A DNA stretch of 37,424 nucleotides from an uncultured Ilumatobacter sp. (GCA_937891565.1 CALAHA010000220.1:1-37424); one strand, 5' to 3'; positions 26,682 through 36,564 are shown, numbered from the stretch's first letter. Made by a program: numbers and translations. The notes: a model not told the origin generated them from the sequence alone.

Positions 26682-29015
26682 TCAGGTGGCTGCGTGCAGG
26701 ATTGCGCGCTGGATTTCTTTGCGATGGAATTTGTCGGTAACGAGCTCCCCCGCCGACGTGCGGACATAGAACGTGTCAACGACCTCAATGCCAATGGTGT
26801 CCACCGTGGCATGACGGATGTCGAGGCCAAGCTCGCCGATCGCTTTCGTGATCTGATGAAGAATCCCGATCTTCGTGGCCGCACGAACTTCGATCACCGT
26901 GGCGTTGCTCGATGCGTCGTCATGAAACACCACCTTCGGCGGCTCCGGCTGCTGCGCCTGGGTGCGGCGGCGACGCCGATAGGTCTTGGCCCGTTCGACG
27001 AGCCGCGACTCGATCGCCAACTGATGAGCGAGTGCACGACCGAGGTCGGTCTTGAGCGTGCGCCAGGCAATCCCATCTTCAGGCAGGATGATGCGGAACT
27101 CAGATGCCGCCATGCCCTGCTCGTCGGAGTGCGCCCGAGCTGTGAGTACGTCGAGCCCGTGCAGCGAGAGTACGCCGGCAACCTGGCTGAACGTACCGGC
27201 CGAGTCGGGGCTGACAACGGTGATCACGTCGTCCTTGCGATGCATGGCAATCTCGCCGGCCGCCATCAGCATCAGTGTGCTGGCGTCGGGGAACAGGCTC
27301 CAGGTGACCTCAGCGACGTTGCCGCCACCGAGCACGTGGCGCACACGAGCCGCCAGTTCGTTGACGAGGTCTTCTTTCCACGAGCCCCATGCCGACGGGC
27401 CGGTGGCGAGTGAGTCGGCTTCGGTGAGTGCATGCAATAGATCGAGTCGTTCGACCGAGCCGAGGGATTCCGCCACCTGGTTGATCGTGGCTTCGTCAGT
27501 GAGGTCACGGCGAACAGCGACGTCGGGGAGCAGCAGGTGATGCTCGACCATGGCAACAAGCGTGTCGACGTCGGCTGTCGGGAGTCCGAGTTTCGGGCCG
27601 ACCTGTCGCACGAGCTCCATGCCGACGATCGTGTGATCACCCGGGTAACCCTTGCCGAGATCGTGGAACAGTCCGCCGAGCACGAGGAGGTCGGGTCGGG
27701 CAACGCGATCAACGAGTTGCGATGCGTTCGCTGCGGCTTCCCACAGGTGCCGATCAACGGTGAAGCGGTGGTAGGCGTTGCGCTGCGGTTTGGACCGGTT
27801 CGGTTCCCACTCGGGAAGCAGCCGGGCGAACAACTCTCGTTGATCGAGCGCTTCGAGTACACGAATCGAACGGTGACCTTCGAGGAGTAGTGCCACAAGT
27901 TGGGCAGTGGCGCCCACCGGCCAAATGCCCTTCCACGGTTCGACCTCATCGTGCAGCCTGTCGAGCGTGCTCCGACCAATCCGGCAGTCGTTGCGCGCAG
28001 CAGCGACTGCTGCTTGAAGAACGAGCGTGGGGTCCGCAACCGGGTCGGCGCAATCGGCCAATTCGATTTCGCCATTTCGCAGCACGATGCCTGACGAGAT
28101 GGCACGATCCGGCAGGCGGTCGGCGGTCGCGACCGATCGGCCCCAGTTCTCGTCGACGAGCCACGCAATCGTGCGGCCAGCTGCGGCGATGTCGGTCATC
28201 AAGTCGTCAGCATCATTCCAGCCGCCGACTTCAGCCGTCGAGTCTTGATCTTCGAGGCGCAGGACGTCGCCTGGCCGTCCGGTGGAGCAATGGAGCGCGA
28301 CTCGCGCCCCGAGCAGTACGTCGTAGCAGCGCTCAAGCTCGATGAGATCTTCGGGAAGGATCGACAGCCCACTCTCGTTTGCCCACTTGAGCGAGTGGAC
28401 GTCGCGCAGGCCGCCGTGACCCAGTTTGAGATCAGGTTCGAGGCGATACGCCACGTCGCCGGCATTGTCTTGGCGTTCGCGCACCCGGGCACGTAGCGCG
28501 GCGAGGAATGTGCCGCTTTGCCTGTCCCAGCTGGCGCGGCCCTTGGTCGTCACTTCGTCGGCGAGATCGCGATCGCCGGCGAGGAATCGAGCCGTGAGCA
28601 ACGCTGTTGCGGAGTCGAGATCTGCAGTGATAATTGTCAACTGTTCCTTGACGGTGCGCACTGCGTGACCGAGCTTGACGCCTGCATCCCACAGCGGATA
28701 CCAGAGCGCACTCGCCACTGCCTCGACCGTGGGTGCGGTCTTCTTGCCTTTGAGGTCGTGGACGAGGAGCAGATCGAGGTCGCTCCAGGGAGCAAGTTCG
28801 CTGCGTCCAAACCCCCCGACGGCGAGCAGCGCGAACCGACCCTTGGCTGGAGCGTGCTCGGCGACTGCTGCGTCGAACAGCGAACGAACCCACTCGTCGG
28901 TGATGGCAGCAAGTGACTCGCAGTACGCGGTCCCGCCATTGCGGAGGTCGCCGGGGTGCGCAGCAGCAGCTGCATCGAGGTGGCCCTGCCGGCTACCCGG
29001 CAAGAGCGCGCTCAT
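26682..29015 (-). CDS. glnD: [Protein-PII] uridylyl/adenylyltransferase GlnD
   Basis: Nucleotidyltransferase AVGGFGR.ELAPWSDLDL, LEPDLKLGHGGLRD, HD domain HRFTVDRH...HDLGKG, and two ACT domains (VVDTFYV). Confidence 0.95.
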   Translation of the reverse strand: MSALLPGSRQGHLDAAAAAHPGDLRNGGTAYCESLAAITDEWVRSLFDAAVAEHAPAKGRFALLAVGGFGRSELAPWSDLDLLLVHDLKGKKTAPTVEAVASALWYPLWDAGVKLGHAVRTVKEQLTIITADLDSATALLTARFLAGDRDLADEVTTKGRASWDRQSGTFLAALRARVRERQDNAGDVAYRLEPDLKLGHGGLRDVHSLKWANESGLSILPEDLIELERCYDVLLGARVALHCSTGRPGDVLRLEDQDSTAEVGGWNDADDLMTDIAAAGRTIAWLVDENWGRSVATADRLPDRAISSGIVLRNGEIELADCADPVADPTLVLQAAVAAARNDCRIGRSTLDRLHDEVEPWKGIWPVGATAQLVALLLEGHRSIRVLEALDQRELFARLLPEWEPNRSKPQRNAYHRFTVDRHLWEAAANASQLVDRVARPDLLVLGGLFHDLGKGYPGDHTIVGMELVRQVGPKLGLPTADVDTLVAMVEHHLLLPDVAVRRDLTDEATINQVAESLGSVERLDLLHALTEADSLATGPSAWGSWKEDLVNELAARVRHVLGGGNVAEVTWSLFPDASTLMLMAAGEIAMHRKDDVITVVSPDSAGTFSQVAGVLSLHGLDVLTARAHSDEQGMAASEFRIILPEDGIAWRTLKTDLGRALAHQLAIESRLVERAKTYRRRRRTQAQQPEPPKVVFHDDASSNATVIEVRAATKIGILHQITKAIGELGLDIRHATVDTIGIEVVDTFYVRTSAGELVTDKFHRKEIQRAILHAAT

Positions 29016-29254
29016 CTGACCTCGCTCGAGCGGTGACTTGCGCAGTTACTGGCGCGACTACCACCCTTGTCGGAGGTGGCTTCGATGGGGAGGTTGCCTT
29101 CTAGAGCGTCGATCGTCAGATCATACGCAACTGGTGACAGGCATGCCTGGACGTTCACTGCCGGCCGCCACGGCGCCTTCTTGACATTTTCCAGAAGAAA
29201 CGTTGCAGGCTTGGTGCCCGACCTGACGGCCTCCACTCTTCTACTGTGCAACCC

Positions 29255-30511
29255 ATGAGCCGTCCAGCGTTGCGCATCGTTGGTGTCGCTTGCGCCATGG
29301 CCACCCTTGCTGCTGCGTGCACTGGCGGCGGCGACAGCGAGCCTGCATCCACCGTTCCTGCTCCAACCTCGACGATCACTCCCCAACGTTCGGGGGACGA
29401 TCAGCTCACGATCGGCCTGCTGCTGCCCTCCTCGGACCCAATCATGGGACAGGGCCTCATCGAGGCGTCGAACATTGCTGTCGAACGAATCAACGCAGCC
29501 GGCGGAGTGCTCGGCCGTCCTGTTCGAATCGTCGAACAGAACGAAGGGCTCGGCGACGGCGGCGCGGCTGGTGTTGCAGCGCTCCTGGCAAGTGACCTGC
29601 AAATCGACGCCGTAGTTGGCCCGGCATCGTCACTGACGGCCCTGAACGAACTCGACACGCTTGTGTCGGCAGGGGTGATGTCGTGCTCCCCAACGGCAAC
29701 GGCTTTGGCGCTCGACGACTTCCCCGACAACGAACTCTTTTTCCGCACCGCACCGAGTGACTCCTTGCAAGCACAGGCGATTGCCGACCTGGCGCAACGG
29801 ACGGGCGTCTCGAGCATCGCCATTGCCCACGTCGACGACATCTACGGCCGACCATTCGCCGGCGCTGTCAGCGACGCTCTGTCCGAAGGCACCCGGACCG
29901 TCACCACCTACCCATTCGTGCGCGGCGACGGAATGCTCGAAGACATAGCCCAAGACGTCGTCGAATCAGGGGCACAAGTCGTGGTCGTACTCGCTGGCAG
30001 CGATGACGGCACCGCCTTCCTCGAGGCGTTGAGTAAAACCAACTTCGGGTCACTGATCGACGTCATCGTCAACGATCAGTTCCGCGATCCAGCCGGAGCG
30101 CAGCGTATTGAAGCACTCGATCCCAGCTTGCGCGATCGTGTCCGTGGAGTGGCTCCCCAAGCTCAGTCGACTGACGAAGACCGGCCGTTCGATCCGCCGG
30201 GTCTCTTCGCCGCGAACGCCTTCGACTGCGTCAACTTGATTGCGCTCGCCGTCGACCTGGTCGGAACGGACGATCCGTCGGTGTTTGCCACACAAATTCC
30301 GGCGTTGACGACCCGTGGCCGAGTATGCCGATCGTTCGAGGAGTGTCAGAGGCTCCTCGACGAGAGCCTGAACATCAACTACAACGGGCCCGACGGAATC
30401 ACCGAGTTGCTCGTCGTTGGCCACCCTGCACGGGCCCGCTTCGACGTGTTCGCATTCGATGAGACCGGCCGCGGTGTGTTCGAGCAGTCGATCGTTGCCT
30501 CGCGCCTCTAA
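29255..30511 (+). CDS. ABC transporter substrate-binding lipoprotein (branched-chain amino acid/LivJ-like fold)
   Basis: Lipobox LAAAC, AVERINAAGGVLGRPV, VVGPASS, FFRTAPSD. TACTGT lies 7 nt before the ATG. Confidence 0.9.
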   Translation: MSRPALRIVGVACAMATLAAACTGGGDSEPASTVPAPTSTITPQRSGDDQLTIGLLLPSSDPIMGQGLIEASNIAVERINAAGGVLGRPVRIVEQNEGLGDGGAAGVAALLASDLQIDAVVGPASSLTALNELDTLVSAGVMSCSPTATALALDDFPDNELFFRTAPSDSLQAQAIADLAQRTGVSSIAIAHVDDIYGRPFAGAVSDALSEGTRTVTTYPFVRGDGMLEDIAQDVVESGAQVVVVLAGSDDGTAFLEALSKTNFGSLIDVIVNDQFRDPAGAQRIEALDPSLRDRVRGVAPQAQSTDEDRPFDPPGLFAANAFDCVNLIALAVDLVGTDDPSVFATQIPALTTRGRVCRSFEECQRLLDESLNINYNGPDGITELLVVGHPARARFDVFAFDETGRGVFEQSIVASRL

Positions 30512-30563
30512 ATCTCCGCCCGCAATTTCACCCTGCAATGGCAGGGGTGCTGAGGGCGTCAGT

Positions 30564-31217
30564 TCAGAAAATGTTCTCGATGTATTCGAGGTATCCGACG
30601 TAGAAGGCACCGAACTCGCCGTAGAGGGCTGAACCCTCATCGAAACGCATCGTGTACACGACTTCTTTGACGACGTCGGGGCTCTTGGCAAACAGCGTGA
30701 CGCCCCACTCGAAGTCGTCGAGGCCGGTTGAGCCGGAGATGACCTGGGCGACCTTGCCGGCGAACTGACGGCCGCTCTTGCCGTGCTCCATCATCATCTC
30801 GTAACGACGCTCGAACGGCGTCGCAAACCAGTTGGCGCCCTGCTCACGCTTCTTGCTCATCGGGTAAAAGCAGAATGCGTTGAGGCCCTCGGGCGGGATA
30901 GTCGGGGTGAGCCGACCGCGCAACATCTCTTCGGGCATGCCCTTCGTGTACTCGGAGATCTCGGTGATCGAAACGTAGCTGTCGACGATGTCGAAGCCCG
31001 CCTGCTGGAGCCCAGTTTGTAGCCGCCGCAGCGTGCGCCAATCAGCGCAGAGCGCCATGAACGCCACGTCGGACTTGTGTCCAATCATCGCAGCAGTGAT
31101 CACTTGGCAATCCGCTTCTTCTGCTTCCTTGACCGCAGCGATGATCGCTTCTCGATCGAGGTTCGGGGTCGACTTCCCAAAGAGGTGAACGACGCTGAGA
31201 CCTTGCTCCATCAACAT
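30564..31217 (-). CDS. hemQ: Coproheme decarboxylase / chlorite dismutase family (ChdC/HemQ)
   Basis: FYPMSKKR, W...MMMEHG (proximal His), GSTGLDDFEWGVTLF, MRFDE.SALYGEFG.FYVG. ATG 31217 has TAGCGT 7 nt upstream. Confidence 0.85.
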   Translation of the reverse strand: MLMEQGLSVVHLFGKSTPNLDREAIIAAVKEAEEADCQVITAAMIGHKSDVAFMALCADWRTLRRLQTGLQQAGFDIVDSYVSITEISEYTKGMPEEMLRGRLTPTIPPEGLNAFCFYPMSKKREQGANWFATPFERRYEMMMEHGKSGRQFAGKVAQVISGSTGLDDFEWGVTLFAKSPDVVKEVVYTMRFDEGSALYGEFGAFYVGYLEYIENIF

Positions 31218-31304
31218 ACAGGCCACGCTACTGGCGAATCGGCGGGCCAGGCTTCGGCCGGACGAACCCGCCGTTCAGTGCAGCTCAGACGAAACCAGAC
31301 GAGA

Positions 31305-32129
31305 TCAAAGCCGTTCGGGTGCGTAGACGTTGAACGTTGTGCCACGAACGAAGCCCGCAAGCATCAGGTTCGCCCGACGTGCGGCGTCGACAGCCAACGC
31401 TGTCGGTGCACTCACCGCGACGACTGCACTGAAACCTCCGGCCCATGCCTTCTGGACCATTTCGATGCTGGCTCGGCCGCTCACGAAAAGCCCGAACTGT
31501 TCGTCGCTCTCTGCCGGCAAGGTTTGGGCAGGGTCGAGCAACATCGAACCAATGACCTTGTCGACGGCATTGTGACGGCCGACGTCTTCGCGCATCAGCA
31601 CAACGTCGCCGGAACGGGTGAACGCTGCAGCGGCGTGGACCGAGCCGGTCCGGGCAAACAGCCCTTGGTCACCGAGCACCCGGTCGGGCATACCTGCAAT
31701 GACGTCAAGATCGAAAGCTTCGCTGGACGGAATCGGCGCAAGCCGGGCGCAGAGGTCGTCGATCTGTTCGCTTCCGCACCATCCGCAACTGGACGACACG
31801 TTGCCGAGGCGTGGCGTCGGTTGAGGGGCACGGCCACCGGTCTCGACTGTGACGATGTTGAGCTCGCTGCCGACTGCGCTCCCGTCGACGCAGTAACGAA
31901 CGCCGACGATCGAAGCGCCTCCAAGCAACCCTTCCGTATGGCAGAACCCGGCCGCCAACTCGAAGTCGTTACCAGGTGTGCGCATCGTGGTGGCGGTCAG
32001 CGTTCCGTCGAGCTGGATCGACATGGGCTCCTCGACGATCAGTTCGTCGGGGGTGCGCTTCGTCTGGCGAGCTTCGCCGAGGCCAGTCACCTTCGTGATG
32101 AGCATCCGCTCGGATCGACGACGTGCCAT
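31305..32129 (-). CDS. fdhD: Formate dehydrogenase accessory sulfurtransferase FdhD
   Basis: VEEP, TMRTPGND.ELA.GF, SSCGWCG, TGSVHAAA, EDVGRHNAVDK, SGRASIEMVQKA, VSAPT.LA. Confidence 0.96.
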   Translation of the reverse strand: MARRRSERMLITKVTGLGEARQTKRTPDELIVEEPMSIQLDGTLTATTMRTPGNDFELAAGFCHTEGLLGGASIVGVRYCVDGSAVGSELNIVTVETGGRAPQPTPRLGNVSSSCGWCGSEQIDDLCARLAPIPSSEAFDLDVIAGMPDRVLGDQGLFARTGSVHAAAAFTRSGDVVLMREDVGRHNAVDKVIGSMLLDPAQTLPAESDEQFGLFVSGRASIEMVQKAWAGGFSAVVAVSAPTALAVDAARRANLMLAGFVRGTTFNVYAPERL

Positions 32130-32152
32130 GCGTGCAGGTTACGCGCACGGCA

Positions 32153-32191
32153 CGACCGACAGCGCGACCGACAGCGCGACCGACAGCGCGA
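32153..32191. repeat. 12-bp tandem repeat CGACCGACAGCG x3.25
   Basis: Read directly; lies 24 nt upstream of the fdhD start. Confidence 0.93.
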
Positions 32192-32308
32192 GATAGTGGC
32201 GACGGACTCGCTGATGCGCGCTGGGCCGGGCTTCATCTCGACGGCATCGTCGACTGATCCAACATTGCGGCTCCGCCAAAACAGGCCGGCTGGAATAGCG
32301 TCAGCGAC

Positions 32309-33490
32309 ATGAGCAGCCCCACGTCCCGATCGGCACGGCTGCCGCTGTACTTTGGCGGGTTGATGGGTCCGTTCGGCACCGTCGTGATCGTCCCGATGTT
32401 CCCTGAGCTCCGGGAGACCTTTGGCGCTTCGTCCGCAGCCGTCAGCTGGGGTTTCACGATCTACATGCTCCCCTTTGCTGCAGCGCTCCTCGTCTCGGGC
32501 ACGCTCGGCGAACGCTGGGGTCGGCGCCGAACGGTCCGATCGACGTACATACTTTTCTTCGCCGCATCCCTCGCATGTGCCCTGGCACCGAACCTCACAG
32601 TCTTCCTCGTCGGGCGCGCGTGTCAAGGCGTCGCCAATGCGTTCATCACGCCCTTGTTGGTCGCCGGGCTCGCCGAGATTGTCGAGCCAGCTGCATTCGG
32701 CCGAGCTGTCGGCGTCTACTCGAGCTTCCAAGCTGCCGGGGGTGGTCTCGCACCCGTCATCGGCGGGCTCGCTGCTGACGTCAATTGGCGGTGGGCATTC
32801 GTCGGCGTGGCGATCCTGGCAGCCGTCCTGGCAGCCGCTCCCCCGCCCGGGGAACCGCGCGTCGACGCAGCACCGCCAGAATTCCGACCACTCTTGACCA
32901 AACGCATGTTGATCTTTGGTGGCGGGGTGTTTTTCGCAGCGGCTGGTCCAATCGGCATCGCCGTCCTGGTTGGCGTCGCAGCGCGCGACGAGTTGGGCCT
33001 GTCGGGCGGCGGAGCAGGCCTGTTGCTGATCTGCGGACCGCTTGCCGCGATGATCACTGGTCCGTTCTGGGGCCGGCTACTCGACCACTGGGGCCATCGG
33101 CGGAGCAGCCTGGTTGCCACGGCCGCTGCAACAACGGTCGGCGGGCTCCTCGCCCTGGGCACCACACCCGTCTTGCTCGCCATGATCAGCGCGGTCAGCG
33201 GTGCACTGATCGGTTTCGTCGTCGTTGTCGTGCAGTCGATGGCGAGCACCATTGTCGACGGCAACCGAGGCGGCGCTCTGTCGTTCGTGCTGGCCTTCCG
33301 ATTTCTCGGGCACGGCATTGGCCCAGTCGTCTGGATTCCTGTACTTGTGATCAGCGCTCCGTGGGGCCTGATCGGTGCTTCCGCGCTCGGAATCATTACG
33401 TTCGCCGCATTCTGGATAGTGACCCAACCAACGAGCACAGCAGCGCATTCCCCGTCCCGACGTGACGCTTCCCCAGCTATACCCGACTAG
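32309..33490 (+). CDS. MFS transporter (DHA1/multidrug-like)
   Basis: Motif A GTLGERWGRRR, GRACQG, WRWAF, and about 12 TM segments. Confidence 0.92.
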   Translation: MSSPTSRSARLPLYFGGLMGPFGTVVIVPMFPELRETFGASSAAVSWGFTIYMLPFAAALLVSGTLGERWGRRRTVRSTYILFFAASLACALAPNLTVFLVGRACQGVANAFITPLLVAGLAEIVEPAAFGRAVGVYSSFQAAGGGLAPVIGGLAADVNWRWAFVGVAILAAVLAAAPPPGEPRVDAAPPEFRPLLTKRMLIFGGGVFFAAAGPIGIAVLVGVAARDELGLSGGGAGLLLICGPLAAMITGPFWGRLLDHWGHRRSSLVATAAATTVGGLLALGTTPVLLAMISAVSGALIGFVVVVVQSMASTIVDGNRGGALSFVLAFRFLGHGIGPVVWIPVLVISAPWGLIGASALGIITFAAFWIVTQPTSTAAHSPSRRDASPAIPD

Positions 33491-33520
33491 TTCAGTAGGG
33501 ATTACCGGTATCGTGTCCTG

Positions 33521-33796
33521 ATGGCAGTGAACGTCCGAATCCCCACCACGATGCGCCCAATCACGGGAGGCGAAAAGCAGGTCGCCCTCGAGCCCGGCTC
33601 GCTCTCCGAGGTCATTGCTGCCCTCGAAGCCAAACACCCCGGCATGGGCGAACGCCTCCTCGACGAAGACGGAGCGTTGCGTAAGTTCGTCAACGTATTC
33701 GTTGACGACGATGACGTCCGCTACCTCAACGGCCTCGACACCGCAGTCCACGACAACTGGACCGTCAGCATCATTCCTGCTGTCGCCGGCGGCTGA
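33521..33796 (+). CDS. MoaD/ThiS family ubiquitin-like sulfur carrier (CysO/SAMP-like)
   Basis: VRIPT...FVNVFVDDDDVR.LNGLDT...IIPAVAGG with a C-terminal diglycine. Confidence 0.93.
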   Translation: MAVNVRIPTTMRPITGGEKQVALEPGSLSEVIAALEAKHPGMGERLLDEDGALRKFVNVFVDDDDVRYLNGLDTAVHDNWTVSIIPAVAGG

Positions 33797-33847
33797 TCCA
33801 GGTTTCGACTCCACTCCGGTCCGGCGGCAACCGGCGTAAGGTGAGCT

Positions 33848-34855
33848 ATGCGCGTGTTGGCGGCACCTGACAAGTTCAAGGGCACGGCAACCGCTCACGA
33901 GGTGGCCCAAGCGATTGGCCATGCGTGCTGGGAACTCGACATCGAATGCGTCGAACTCCCAATGGCCGACGGTGGCGATGGGATTCTCGACGTGCTCGGC
34001 GGCGCCAACCGCACTTCGACGGTTACCGGGCCGCTCGGCAATCAGATCGAAGCTGCGTGGCGGTTCCACAAAGAGACTGCTGTCATCGAGATGGCCCGGG
34101 CAAGCGGCTTGGTGCTCGCCGGTGGCAAAACCGGCAACGATGCACTCGACGCCACCAGCACAGGCACCGGTGAGCTCATCGACAAGGCGCTCGAACTCGG
34201 TGCTAAGCGCATCGTGGTCGGCCTCGGAGGCTCAGCCTCAACCGATGGCGGGTTCGGTGCAATCCGTGCGATCAGTGCGATCTCACGGCTCAAACAAGTT
34301 GACCTGCTCATTGCCTGCGACGTACAGACCACATTCACCGACGCGGCGGTTGTCTTTGGACCCCAGAAGGGTGCGTCGCCTGCACAGGTCAAAATGCTCA
34401 CTCGGCGGCTCGAGCGGCTCGCCCAGATGTTTGTCGAAGACTTCGCTTTTGACGTCACCGCCATCGAAGGCGGCGGCGCCGCTGGCGGCCTCGGCGGCGC
34501 ACTTGCTGCGATCGGCGGCCGGCTCGTTCCCGGCTTCGAGCTCGTTGCCGACGAACTCAATCTCTACGACGTGCTCCCCACGGTCGATTTGATCATCACC
34601 GGCGAGGGACAACTCGACGAGACGAGCTTCGCCGGCAAAGTCGTCGGCGGCATCACCCAACTGGCCAGCGAGTACGCCATACCGGTGGCTGCAATCGTTG
34701 GCGTTGCTGATCCTGCTGTTGTCCTCGAGTGGGGCGACCGCATCACGATCGAGTCACTCGTCGATCGATTCGGCGAGGACGTCGCCCTCAATCAGACAAA
34801 AGAGAGCATCCAACGCGCAGCAACCCTACTGCTCCGCTCACGCCTCGATCAGTGA
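33848..34855 (+). CDS. Glycerate kinase (GlxK/GarK family)
   Basis: APDKFKGT, PMADGGDG, GLGGSASTDGG, FGPQKGA, GAAGGLG, ITGEG.LD..S..GK. Confidence 0.93.
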   Translation: MRVLAAPDKFKGTATAHEVAQAIGHACWELDIECVELPMADGGDGILDVLGGANRTSTVTGPLGNQIEAAWRFHKETAVIEMARASGLVLAGGKTGNDALDATSTGTGELIDKALELGAKRIVVGLGGSASTDGGFGAIRAISAISRLKQVDLLIACDVQTTFTDAAVVFGPQKGASPAQVKMLTRRLERLAQMFVEDFAFDVTAIEGGGAAGGLGGALAAIGGRLVPGFELVADELNLYDVLPTVDLIITGEGQLDETSFAGKVVGGITQLASEYAIPVAAIVGVADPAVVLEWGDRITIESLVDRFGEDVALNQTKESIQRAATLLLRSRLDQ

Positions 34856-34883
34856 ATACGAGCAGGCGGGCCCCGATTGCCGA

Positions 34884-35603
34884 CTATTCGCCGGTCTCTT
34901 CGGTGGGCGGGTTCGTTGGTGCGATGACGTCGCTGCCGGCCACAGCCGGAGCCGAACCAAGTTCGGCGGATGACCCACCCGCTTCAGCGAGCTGGAGGAG
35001 CGTCTTGTCAACCTGATTGCTCCCGAGTACGACGAGCACTCCAGCTTCACCGAGCGAGCCGTTCTCCGTCGGCGCAGGAGTCGAAACAGTGAGCACCGAC
35101 ACGTTGCCAAGTGTCCGACCGACTGATTCGGCGACGGCTTGAGCGGAGGGGTTCGTCGGGTCGAAGTAGACAATGCTGTCGTCGATCGTCTGCCCGGCGT
35201 TCACGGGCGTACCCATGTTGTAGCCAGCGATGCCCAGCGTTTCGCTCATGCGGCCAGCAGAACCGCCGACGGTGTTTCCGTTCGCCACCACGACGATGGC
35301 GCCATCGGTCACGAGCGCGAGCGGAGCGGTGGTCGCCGGCGCTTCGCTGCTGGTGGTGACGCCGACATCGATGGTGGTCGTCGTGCCGTCAGCCCCGGCG
35401 ACTTGGCCGGATGGATCGCCTGAACCAGCAACCGAGCTGTCTTCCTGAGTCAAGTTGCGCAGGATCAAAAACCCTGCGATGACTGCAACGACGGCCAGCA
35501 CGATGCTGAGCGTCGAGCCGACGGGCGAACCGCCGACACCCTGGCGAGGATTCCGGCGAGCCGCTCCTGCGCCTCCACCGACTGCGACATCTTCATTGCT
35601 CAT
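34884..35603 (-). CDS. Membrane-anchored LytR C-terminal domain protein
   Basis: Single TM, Thr-rich linker, VVVANG...G.A......L...GY, and VLVVLG. Confidence 0.82.
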   Translation of the reverse strand: MSNEDVAVGGGAGAARRNPRQGVGGSPVGSTLSIVLAVVAVIAGFLILRNLTQEDSSVAGSGDPSGQVAGADGTTTTIDVGVTTSSEAPATTAPLALVTDGAIVVVANGNTVGGSAGRMSETLGIAGYNMGTPVNAGQTIDDSIVYFDPTNPSAQAVAESVGRTLGNVSVLTVSTPAPTENGSLGEAGVLVVLGSNQVDKTLLQLAEAGGSSAELGSAPAVAGSDVIAPTNPPTEETGE

Positions 35604-35866
35604 GCGTGGGCACCCTTTCCAGAAGCGGATGCGGCGACGCCGTCAATCCGGGCTTTTCGTGCCCGTAAACGAAGCCGCTTGAGTCGACGAACCACGAGCG
35701 GATCGTGCTCGACAGCGTCAGGGTTTTCGAGGACGATGATTATCTCAGCATCGTATTCCTCCTGCGAACACTGGAAACGAGCGCGAACGATCTGGTCGCG
35801 CGGCTCGTCGTTACTCCACCATGAGCGTTCAAAATCGAGCATGGCGGCATGTCGTTCGCTGAGCAT
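35600..35866 (-). CDS. DUF3263 family protein
   Basis: LSER..AMLDFER.WW...R..F...Y...DPLVVRRL.RLR. ATGA-coupled to the LytR_C gene. Confidence 0.85.
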   Translation of the reverse strand: MLSERHAAMLDFERSWWSNDEPRDQIVRARFQCSQEEYDAEIIIVLENPDAVEHDPLVVRRLKRLRLRARKARIDGVAASASGKGAHA

Positions 35867-35931
35867 CAACGCACAGACTGCCCGCTCCGCAGCACGAATT
35901 ACAAGCACCCTGCAAGATATGTTGCTTCGCC

Positions 35932-36564
35932 ATGGCCGAGCATGCGACCAACCGCCCGTTCATGATCGGTGTCGCGGGGGGCAGCAGTTCAGGTAAAACC
36001 ACGATTTCCGAGCGACTCGTTGAGATGACAGGCGAGGAACATCTCTCTCGAATCGAGCTCGATTCGTACTACCTCGACCGCACAGATCAGCCCTGGGAAG
36101 AGCGTGCAAAGGCCAACTATGACCACCCCGACGCCTTCGACTGGCCCCTCCTGAACGACCACCTGGCCGCACTTTCCAACGGCGCATCCGTCGAAGTTCC
36201 CATCTACGACTACGCCGACCACAACCGCAGCGGGGAGACCCGCACAGTTCAGCCGAAGAAAATCGTCGTGGTCGACGGCATCCTCGTCCTCTGGGACCGG
36301 GCGCTCCGCCAGCGTTTCGACCTCAAGATCTTCGTCGACACCGCACCGGACATTCGCTTCATCCGCCGTCTCACCCGCGACGTCGCCGACCGCGGGCGTA
36401 CCGTGGAGAGCGTCATCGACCAGTACCTCGAAACTGTACGTCCCGCCCACGAGCGCTTTATCGAGCCAAGCAAGCGCCACGCCGACGTGATCATCCCCGA
36501 AGGCGGTCTCAACCGTCCGGCCCTCGAAGTCCTCCTGGCCCGCGTCCGCGAGCTCACCGTCTGA
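35932..36564 (+). CDS. udk: Uridine kinase
   Basis: GVAGGSSSGKTT, DSYY, NYDHPDAFD, RRLTRDV..RGR, FIEPSKRHADVIIPEGG. Confidence 0.96.
   Translation: MAEHATNRPFMIGVAGGSSSGKTTISERLVEMTGEEHLSRIELDSYYLDRTDQPWEERAKANYDHPDAFDWPLLNDHLAALSNGASVEVPIYDYADHNRSGETRTVQPKKIVVVDGILVLWDRALRQRFDLKIFVDTAPDIRFIRRLTRDVADRGRTVESVIDQYLETVRPAHERFIEPSKRHADVIIPEGGLNRPALEVLLARVRELTV

Noticed and set aside
29016-29254. Riboswitch, sRNA or small ORF in the glnD/solute-binding protein spacer
   Set aside because: I recognised no riboswitch consensus and the short ORFs lack coding features. An Rfam/Infernal scan would be needed to exclude an RNA element.
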